IMG/VR virus record: IMGVR_UViG_3300045988_115596
DNA: 16,948 bases
Strand: one strand, 5' to 3'
DNA from: a virus
Each line of letters begins with the position of its first letter. Position 1 is the stretch's first letter. Below are positions 1-6,058 of the stretch, in pieces. The notes under the pieces are model-generated. The model was not told where the DNA came from and did no database searches. It worked only from the letters and a program-made list of their open reading frames with translations. A program made the position numbers and the translations under genes.

Positions 1-342
1 GGTTTCATCGGCGGCATAGGCGACTGGATAGCCGAACATAAGGGACCTATCAGCTACGACCGCAAGTTGTTGATACCGCATGGCAAGGCCATTATGAGCG
101 GCCTTGCGCAAGGCATAGACGCGGGCTTCAACGGCAAGGTGCGCGCCTCCATAGGCGCTGTGAACGCGGCCATGTCCGACACAGGGTTTCGTGTGAGCGT
201 AGCGGGGGCGGCTCAAACGGGTGGCGTCGTCTACAACACCTATGAGGTGCATATCGACGGCGCGATAAGCGACCCGGACGGCGCGGCCAAGGCCATTGAA
301 CGGCTGCTTGCCGGCCACGCTCGGAGACGGGGCCGCAGATGA
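1..342 (+). CDS. Tape measure protein, C-terminal part (continues the ORF that runs off the 3' end of the window)
   Basis: Position 1 is a codon start in the frame of the ORF beginning at 15278. The translation reads [40 protein letters not shown]..., a typical actinophage TMP C-terminus. The TGA at 340-342 overlaps the next ATG (ATGA). Confidence 0.85.
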   Translation, partial: GFIGGIGDWIAEHKGPISYDRKLLIPHGKAIMSGLAQGIDAGFNGKVRASIGAVNAAMSDTGFRVSVAGAAQTGGVVYNTYEVHIDGAISDPDGAAKAIERLLAGHARRRGRR

Positions 343-1844
343 GGCAACCAATGTTGTTCATAGATCGCGGCCACGGGTGGGAGAACGTGACCGGGCATAG
401 CCACGCGCCGGCCGGCTTGGCCGGTTTCACGGTGGACTGGGGCACCGACTCGCCGGACACCCAGCCCGACCCAAGCGTGCTCCGCTTCCAGCTGCTCGAC
501 CGTACCGGCGACCTCGCCGGCAACAGCACGCGCCTTGCGGGCATGAAAGTGTTGGTTCAGTTGTCCCGCCGGCCGTTGTGGCGTGACCTCAACGACCCGA
601 CACCATGGGCCGTGCAGCCGGAAGAACTGACATGGGCCGACTTCCACCTGGCACACAAGCCGACACCGGAGGCGCAGCCCGACCCTACGGCGCTCACCAT
701 ATTCATCGGCAACGTGACCAGCGGCGGCACCATCACCCAACGCGCGGACAACACCTATATGCTCGACCTGTACGCTAACGCGCTCCAGGTGCGCATGAAC
801 CGCGCCACAGGCAAGGGGCCAACGTCATCGGACGCCAAACTGGCGGGCTTGCACTGGACCGGCACGGCCGCGCAGCGCGCGGACGAAATCAACCGGCGGC
901 TCAGCGCGCTGGGTTGCCCGCCACTGGATCCGGCGACGCTCGCATGGCTCAAGACCATGCCGCAGCCCGCCGCCTATGACAATGACTCCTACCCAGAGTT
1001 GTCCACCGTGTTATATGCGCTCGGCGCGCACCACCCGGACTTGCCCTTGTATTACGAGCGACACGGGCATGGTTCCGAATCGCTTAGCGCGGTATGGGCC
1101 GGCAGACGTGCAAGCATCACGTTGCACGCGGACGGTGCGCTGACCGTGGCGGGCGGCGGTTTGGAGCAGATCGCGGCGACCGGCGACAAAGTGACCGTGG
1201 ACGACACGACGCTGACCATCCCCGACACGGTGAGCCAAGTCAAGCTATCCACTAAGACCGTGAAATGGAACGACAACGACAACAAACTTTCGTTCGAGGC
1301 CGACGAAATCGACCTCACCGGCCAAGGGCTCTTGCCAAGCAATCTCACGGCAACCGTGGAATCGGTGTCTTTCGACTCGGACGCGGTGACGGCCAACGAG
1401 GCCGGCGACCATTGGACCGGCGGCGTATGGCAGCCCACGGCGGAGCAGCGCACACGGTGGGCGGAATGGCTCGCCGTGCAGACATTGAGGCTCAGACCGG
1501 AGAAACTGACCGCCAGCAGCCGGCATCTTGACTTGGACGTGTTCGAGCAGCAGTTGCAGCCTACCGCATCCCTGTGGGCGTTCGTAAGCACACGCTATAC
1601 GAAGCTTCTTGCGGACGACGGGACGCCGGCCACCAGTGGCGCGTGGCTCGCCATCGGCGGCACGTTGTCGTTCGACTGGCAGGCTGGCGACCCCGTCCTG
1701 GCCAACGAACTCACGCTGACCCCGTTGCCAATGCTGCCTAGCACGTTGAGCGCTTGGCGGGACTTGGACCCCATAAACCTCAAATGGAGCGAACTTGGCT
1801 TCACTTGGGGCGAGTTCTCGCAGATCACCTACTTCCAAGATTAA
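339..1844 (+). CDS. Minor tail protein in the distal-tail (Dit) position, 501 aa
   Basis: The start is ATGA-coupled to the TMP stop and the ORF has GC-rich third codon positions. It is the first gene after the tape measure. No catalytic motif was recognised, so the function is inferred from position only. Confidence 0.7.
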   Translation: MRQPMLFIDRGHGWENVTGHSHAPAGLAGFTVDWGTDSPDTQPDPSVLRFQLLDRTGDLAGNSTRLAGMKVLVQLSRRPLWRDLNDPTPWAVQPEELTWADFHLAHKPTPEAQPDPTALTIFIGNVTSGGTITQRADNTYMLDLYANALQVRMNRATGKGPTSSDAKLAGLHWTGTAAQRADEINRRLSALGCPPLDPATLAWLKTMPQPAAYDNDSYPELSTVLYALGAHHPDLPLYYERHGHGSESLSAVWAGRRASITLHADGALTVAGGGLEQIAATGDKVTVDDTTLTIPDTVSQVKLSTKTVKWNDNDNKLSFEADEIDLTGQGLLPSNLTATVESVSFDSDAVTANEAGDHWTGGVWQPTAEQRTRWAEWLAVQTLRLRPEKLTASSRHLDLDVFEQQLQPTASLWAFVSTRYTKLLADDGTPATSGAWLAIGGTLSFDWQAGDPVLANELTLTPLPMLPSTLSAWRDLDPINLKWSELGFTWGEFSQITYFQD

Positions 1845-1853
1845 GGAGATATT

Positions 1854-3074
1854 ATGTCTGACTTCAACGCGGCGAACATGCCGACCACGCCACGCCACGG
1901 CATCCGCTACCCCGGCCCCACCGACCTGGTGCGCCACGCCTCACAGCAGTTCAAGGCAATGGCCGAGAGCATCGACGACAATATCGACAAACTGCCAGCC
2001 CAGATCACGGCACGTGTGGACGACGCGGCCACACGAGCCGCCGCCAGCGCCACCGCGGCGCAGCAGGCCGCCGCCTCGGCCGGCACCCTGGCCGACCAGA
2101 ACATGGCCGCGAACATCAACAACACGTCATCTCAGACCGCCGCCGCAATGGACAAATGGAGGAACGCCGGAAACCGGTGGCATAACGCCGTCATCATCGG
2201 CGACAGCCTATGCAAGGGCTACTATTCCGGCGCGGAGCACGCCGGACAGGGCATCGGCGACGTGATTTGCAAGAACTTGGGCATCGACACCGTGCAGAAC
2301 ATGGCCGTATCCGGCAGCGGCTTCACCGTCGGCGGCGACAACACGTTTGTGCAGCAGTGGAATCGTGTTTCAAACAAAAAAAACGTGGACCTTGTGCTTG
2401 TCATCGGCGGCGTGAACGACAACAACACCGATTGCAGCGCGGCCGTCACGCAATTGCTGAACTCCATCAATCAGTACGCGCCGAACGCCACCACATACGT
2501 GTTCCCAGTCGCCGGCGGCCGAGGCATGGGATTGCATGAGCACATCACCGCGCTCCACACCATCTCGCTCGCCACAATCTCGCAAACGACGACCAAGAAC
2601 CAGCGCGTGGTGCTCATGCAAGGCGTACATAGGTGGGGGCAGATGATCGGCGATGACGAGGCAGACGGTTACATCCACATGAAGCAGGCCGGATACCAGA
2701 AATGGGCATCGATCGCCACACGCCTGATGCTCAACGGTCAGAACACGTTCTGGCCGAACTTCAGCCGCGACCTATCAGTGAACAATCCAAGCGGCGACGC
2801 TTTGTTCGACCAGATTCAGCGCGCGCGCATCGTGGAATCGAACGGCACCATCACCCTGCAGATCACCGCGCACACGAAACGAGCAATCGACTCCGGCTAT
2901 ACCGTCTTCAAAAAAGACAACTACTTCATGAGCAACATCCAGGGCAAATTCATCGGCCTCAACGTCAACGGGTGCGCGATCAGCGTCGAAACCGGAGGAA
3001 TCAAAATGCAGATGGCGCAATTCACGAGAGATCGATGGATGCTTGTCGAGACCAGTTGGACAGCCGGAATGTGA
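1854..3074 (+). CDS. Tail fibre / receptor-binding protein with central SGNH (GDSL) hydrolase domain, 406 aa
   Basis: AAGGAG (1843-1848) lies 5 nt before the ATG. The N-terminus (GIRYPGPTDLV...SIDDNIDKL) is followed by an Ala-rich coiled segment, as in actinophage minor tail or fibre proteins. SGNH-like blocks are IIGDSLCKG, SGSGFTVGG, VIGGVNDNN and DGYIHMKQAGYQKWA. The last ~100 aa look beta-rich. Confidence 0.75.
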   Translation: MSDFNAANMPTTPRHGIRYPGPTDLVRHASQQFKAMAESIDDNIDKLPAQITARVDDAATRAAASATAAQQAAASAGTLADQNMAANINNTSSQTAAAMDKWRNAGNRWHNAVIIGDSLCKGYYSGAEHAGQGIGDVICKNLGIDTVQNMAVSGSGFTVGGDNTFVQQWNRVSNKKNVDLVLVIGGVNDNNTDCSAAVTQLLNSINQYAPNATTYVFPVAGGRGMGLHEHITALHTISLATISQTTTKNQRVVLMQGVHRWGQMIGDDEADGYIHMKQAGYQKWASIATRLMLNGQNTFWPNFSRDLSVNNPSGDALFDQIQRARIVESNGTITLQITAHTKRAIDSGYTVFKKDNYFMSNIQGKFIGLNVNGCAISVETGGIKMQMAQFTRDRWMLVETSWTAGM

Positions 3075-3081
3075 GGACGGA

Positions 3082-3396
3082 ATGGACACGGAATTATTAA
3101 CGCTTGTGGTCGCTTTCATCGGCTCCGGCGCGGCGACGAGCATCGTGCAATGTGCATTGGCCCGCGCCGACCGCGACACACCGATCAAGGAAGGTGTGCG
3201 GGTGCTCCTGTTCTGCAAGCTGGAGCACATACAGGCAGCAATGGCGGCTAACGGCGGCGTGTGCGACGTGGAAAACAAGCAGACCGCCGAGAAGATTTAC
3301 CGCGCATACCACGCGTTGGGCGGCAACGGCGTCGGCACGCAGATGATCGAGGACATACGAAACGCGCACATCGCGAGAACGGAGGAACAACAGTGA
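3082..3396 (+). CDS. Small membrane-anchored protein of the lysis cassette (holin or holin-accessory candidate), 104 aa
   Basis: The ORF-track start at 3043 overlaps the upstream gene, whereas ATG 3082 follows GAGGA (3073-3077). There is one N-terminal hydrophobic helix (LLTLVVAFIGSGAATSIV). The stop overlaps the endolysin GTG (GTGA). Confidence 0.55.
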   Translation: MDTELLTLVVAFIGSGAATSIVQCALARADRDTPIKEGVRVLLFCKLEHIQAAMAANGGVCDVENKQTAEKIYRAYHALGGNGVGTQMIEDIRNAHIARTEEQQ

Positions 3397-4229
3397 ACGT
3401 CAAATGGATAGGCTCTCCGAACCACTACCAGGGCCGCAACGGATACAAGGTAACACACATCACGCTGCACATCATGGCCGGCTATCTCGCCGGCACCGAC
3501 AGCGTATTCCTCAATGCGGCGTCTCAGGCAAGTGCGCATTACGGCATCGGCGGAGACGGGACGATCCACCAATACGTCGAGGAAACCGACGGCAGCTATT
3601 CAGATGCAAACTTCGCGTCAAACAACTCCACGATCAGCATCGAACATCAAGGCGGAATGGACGGCGTGCCATGCACGCAGTCGTGCATCGACGCCAGCGC
3701 ACGATTATGCGCCGACATCGCGCGACGATACGGCTGGACGCACCTATGGCACGACGGGCTGAAAGGCAACGTCTGGATGCACAGGGAGATACCGGGCACG
3801 GACCACGCAGGCTGTCCAGATCGGGCGACCAATGGCCTGCCGGTGCAACAGGTTTTGGACAAGGCAAACGAACTCTTGAAAGGTGAGGATATGCCAACAT
3901 CACAGGAAATCGCGGAAGCGGTATGGAATTTCGAGCAGAACGGCGTCAAATGCCGCGACCGACTCCAGGGCGTTGATCAGCAATGCCAGGCGATGCCTGA
4001 GAAAGTCTGGTCGTTCAGCATCAAGAACGTGCAGGCGCGAGACCGCCTTTATGGTCTGGATGCTCTGCAGATGCCGCAATTGGCCGCGACCGTGGCCGCG
4101 CAGCAGGCGGCTATCGACACTTTGGCCAAAAGCGTGGGCGCCGACCCGACGACCATCGCCAACGCGGTGGAGCAAGCCGTGAAAAACAAACTGGAATCGT
4201 TGATCATCACCGTGGGGGAAACCAAATGA
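3393..4229 (+). CDS. Endolysin, N-acetylmuramoyl-L-alanine amidase (Amidase_2/PGRP type) with uncharacterised C-terminal domain, 278 aa
   Basis: GTG 3393 follows GGAGGA (3381-3386). The upstream 44 codons of track ORF 3261 are Arg-rich out-of-context sequence. Amidase_2 signatures are present: THITLHIMAG, AHYGIGGDGTIHQYV, ISIEHQG and WMHREIPGTDHAGCPD (His/His/Cys zinc ligands). Confidence 0.88.
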   Translation: MNVKWIGSPNHYQGRNGYKVTHITLHIMAGYLAGTDSVFLNAASQASAHYGIGGDGTIHQYVEETDGSYSDANFASNNSTISIEHQGGMDGVPCTQSCIDASARLCADIARRYGWTHLWHDGLKGNVWMHREIPGTDHAGCPDRATNGLPVQQVLDKANELLKGEDMPTSQEIAEAVWNFEQNGVKCRDRLQGVDQQCQAMPEKVWSFSIKNVQARDRLYGLDALQMPQLAATVAAQQAAIDTLAKSVGADPTTIANAVEQAVKNKLESLIITVGETK

Positions 4230-4468
4230 GCGACAGCAGCAACGAGCCGCAGCACGCGGCAACCACCGAAGACGCCGGTTACAAGCCGGTGTTCAACGAC
4301 AAAGTGCGCACCGCCGTCTACATCGTCGGTCTGGTCTGCGTGATCGTAGGCACCGGCTTCACCGCCTTTGGCAATCCCGAAGTCGGCGACTGGGTAACCA
4401 CCGTCGGCGGCCTCATCGCCGCCGGCTTCGGAGTTGCCTATAATCCGCTCCGACTGGCAGGAAAATAG
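4226..4468 (+). CDS. Holin (two transmembrane segments), 80 aa
   Basis: ATGA-coupled to the endolysin stop. It has a polar N-terminus and two hydrophobic helices (VYIVGLVCVIVGTGFTAF and VTTVGGLIAAGFGVAY). The position directly after the lysin matches many actinophages. Confidence 0.7.
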   Translation: MSDSSNEPQHAATTEDAGYKPVFNDKVRTAVYIVGLVCVIVGTGFTAFGNPEVGDWVTTVGGLIAAGFGVAYNPLRLAGK

Positions 4469-4469
4469 G

Positions 4470-5300
4470 CTAGGAGCCAAGCAGCACGGCATCGAACCCG
4501 GCACGTAACCGCGTGTCGGGCATTGCTACGTAGACTTGCGTGGTCTCGACGCTCGCGTGCCCCAGCAAACGGGCTACCAGGAACAGATCATGAGTGGCCG
4601 CGTAAGTGGCCGTGGCGTACCGGTGCCTCAACGAGTGCGCCGCGTACCCGTCCGGCAGCAGATGGCTGATGTGGTCACCGATGTAGGACTCCTCGACATG
4701 GCCGCCGAACCGGCCGGGGAACAGGTAGCCGCGCGCGTCCATGACGATGGTGGCCAGATCGTCCGGCATCGGCACGATGCGCTGCTTGTCTCCCTTGCCT
4801 CGCACGATCAGCGAACGGCCGATGCTGTCGGCCACGACGTCATCGCTGTGGACGCGGGCGATCTCGCCGCGCCGCAGGCCGCACTCGGCCGCAAATCGGA
4901 TCATGAGCTTTTCCGATGGCGTGGCCTTCTCCATCGCGGCCGTAATGTACTGGTCCGGGCATGGCCGGGGATGCGCGTGGGGCTTCTTCACCCGCGGCAC
5001 GTCCAGACTCGGCTCGTCGGCTCGCCGGCCGCTTTTGTGCAGCCAACGGAAAAACGACGAAATGGTGTTCCGGTACGCCTTGCGGGTCTCCGGTTTCCAT
5101 TGTTGTCGCGCAAAGACCTGCACAATCTGCTCCGTGGTCACGTCTTCGGGACCTGATGGCATGAACAGCGCCGCGAGATGCACCATCTTGTATCGACGGC
5201 TTTTGATTGTCTGTGCTGATAGGCCGGCCGCCCTAAGGGTGTCAGTCCACCCTTCGATGCTTTTGCGCCATGGGACCGGTGCGCTGATTTTGTTCCTCAT
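4470..5300 (-). CDS. int: Tyrosine integrase (XerC/D-sized, 276 aa, no arm-binding N-domain)
   Basis: A SAM-like core-binding N-domain is followed by the catalytic signature GLRRGEI ... HSLRHRYAT ... LLGHASVETTQVYV (R, H-x-x-R, H, Y). It sits next to a tRNA-derived att site and starts 24 nt downstream of the repressor stop on the same strand. Confidence 0.92.
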   Translation of the reverse strand: MRNKISAPVPWRKSIEGWTDTLRAAGLSAQTIKSRRYKMVHLAALFMPSGPEDVTTEQIVQVFARQQWKPETRKAYRNTISSFFRWLHKSGRRADEPSLDVPRVKKPHAHPRPCPDQYITAAMEKATPSEKLMIRFAAECGLRRGEIARVHSDDVVADSIGRSLIVRGKGDKQRIVPMPDDLATIVMDARGYLFPGRFGGHVEESYIGDHISHLLPDGYAAHSLRHRYATATYAATHDLFLVARLLGHASVETTQVYVAMPDTRLRAGFDAVLLGS

Positions 5301-5324
5301 GATCCATCATGGGCATCCTGATCT

Positions 5325-5735
5325 TCACGCGGCTAAACTGAGCTTGGATAAGCTCAGAAGCCCCATGGATTTGAACCTTGGACCTCTGGTGTCCCCAGAG
5401 GTCCATGGTTCAAATCCATGCCCCGCTACTGATAGGCCGCCGTTTTCGGAATCATCCGAAGCGGCGGTTTTCTTATATCCAAGTAACTCGCCTTGCGTCA
5501 AAGACGGGTTGAGCAATGTTGCTACATCAGTATTAAGGAAATCGGCCGCTGCTTGAGTCTCATTAATAGTCCAGGTAATCTCACTACGCAGCTTCTTAGA
5601 GATAGTCTGCGGTGCAATCCCTAGAGCCTTCGCCAAATCCTTCTTCTGGATATGTCGAGCAGAGATCATCAGATTTACATTCATAGCCACTATGTCTTGA
5701 GCCTTGGCTTGAGGCTGTGCAATTACTGCTGTCAT
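5325..5735 (-). CDS. CI-like XRE-family HTH repressor with a long C-terminal extension that reads through attP and ends ...LSLAA
   Basis: The HTH reads NLMISARHIQKKDLAKALGIAPQTISKKLRSE. The ORF is open from TTG 5750; ATG 5735 (favoured, 7 nt after a TATTAT) and ATG 5684 are alternative starts. It is divergent from a Cro-like gene. The stop is TGA at 5327-5325. Confidence 0.85.
   Translation of the reverse strand: MTAVIAQPQAKAQDIVAMNVNLMISARHIQKKDLAKALGIAPQTISKKLRSEITWTINETQAAADFLNTDVATLLNPSLTQGELLGYKKTAASDDSENGGLSVAGHGFEPWTSGDTRGPRFKSMGLLSLSKLSLAA
5364..5420. repeat. Inverted repeat at attP with 26-bp arms (25/26 complementary) and a 5-nt spacer
   Basis: 5364-5389 (CATGGATTTGAACCTTGGACCTCTGG) pairs with 5395-5420 (CCAGAGGTCCATGGTTCAAATCCATG). 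The only mismatch is 5378/5406. Confidence 0.9.
5394..5428 (+). other. attP core: 3'-terminal 35 nt of a tRNA (Met-type; not a complete tRNA gene)
   Basis: CCCAG-AGGTC-CATGG-TTCAAAT-CCATG-CCCCGCT-A parses as anticodon-stem 3' strand, 5-nt variable loop, a perfect T-arm, acceptor 3' strand and discriminator. No matching 5' acceptor strand or D-arm lies upstream. From memory, CCC at positions 39-41, AGGTC, the TTCAAAT loop and CCCCGC resemble tRNA-Met/fMet. Confidence 0.75.
5437..5474 (+). terminator. Intrinsic terminator downstream of the tRNA 3' fragment (phage-borne replacement terminator for the target tRNA)
   Basis: CCGCCG(tt)TTCGGA-atca-TCCGAA(g)CGGCGG forms a 12-13 bp stem followed by TTTTCTT. 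It lies 9 nt after the tRNA discriminator base and inside the repressor ORF on the opposite strand. Confidence 0.7.
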
Positions 5736-5779
5736 AGCTTCATAATACAACGTAGTTTTATTTTTCTAGGCGTGTCGAA

Positions 5780-5817
5780 TTGACATCGTCACGATTTATA
5801 CGATATGACTATCGTAT
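5780..5817 (+). promoter_or_regulatory. Candidate early lytic promoter and operators of the genetic switch
   Basis: A perfect TTGACA (5780-5785) is followed by 18 nt and TATGAC (5804-5809), which places the transcription start near the A of ATG 5816. Palindromes sharing ACGAT/ATCGT half-sites are ATCGTcACGAT (5785-5795) and ATACGATAtgacTATCGTAT (5798-5817). Confidence 0.45.
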
Positions 5818-6058
5818 GGTTTTAGTCGAATCGCATGGCGATACTTCAGCGCGAGTCCGGAAGCTCATCCGCAAGAATCGCCTCACACAAAAGGACGTAG
5901 CCGCCGAAATTGGCATCAGTCAGCAACTCTTCACCAACAAACTTCACGGCCGAGCAAATTACACGCTCCGAGACCTCAGCCGCATCGCCGAGTTCTTCGA
6001 CGTGAGCCTTGATTACCTCGTCGGCCGTTCAAACGAGCAGAAAGGAAACAAGCGATGA
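5816..6058 (+). CDS. Cro-like XRE-family HTH regulator, 80 aa
   Basis: The HTH reads LTQKDVAAEIGISQQLFTNKLHGRANYTLRDLSRIAEFF. The track start at 5780 is a TTG that forms part of a consensus -35 hexamer. ATG 5816 is in frame and has no SD, so the mRNA is possibly leaderless. Confidence 0.8.
   Translation: MVLVESHGDTSARVRKLIRKNRLTQKDVAAEIGISQQLFTNKLHGRANYTLRDLSRIAEFFDVSLDYLVGRSNEQKGNKR

Noticed and set aside
1854-3074. A diversity-generating retroelement or invertase shufflon acting on the receptor-binding gene
   Set aside because: There is no reverse transcriptase or serine/tyrosine invertase besides int. I noticed no template/variable repeat pair or inverted repeats flanking the 3' end of the fibre gene.
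3261-3392. N-terminal extensions of track ORFs (3261 for the endolysin; likewise 13186, 13485, 6465, 3043 and 11678)
   Set aside because: The extensions overlap the preceding genes and translate to Arg-rich or nonsense-like sequence. Each internal start used here has an SD at proper spacing or an ATGA/GTGA overlap with the upstream stop.
4470-4520. An ssrA-like degradation tag on the integrase C-terminus, as in mycobacteriophage BPs
   Set aside because: The integrase ends ...AGFDAVLLGS, with no Ala-Ala or LAA-type terminus. No claim is made.
5355-5430. A complete tRNA gene next to the integrase
   Set aside because: Only the 3' 35 nt (5394-5428) fold as tRNA parts. No 5' acceptor strand (AGCGGGG) or D-arm is present. 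The upstream sequence is a mirror copy of the T-arm rather than an anticodon arm (ACCTC does not pair with CCCAG). The minus-strand alternative has a mismatched T-stem. The segment is therefore interpreted as the attP core, not a functional tRNA.
5780-5815. TTG 5780 as the cro start codon (ORF-track start)
   Set aside because: The TTG is the first half of a perfect TTGACA -35 hexamer. The 12 extra codons cover the operator palindromes. The in-frame ATG 5816 gives a normal 80-aa Cro-sized HTH protein.
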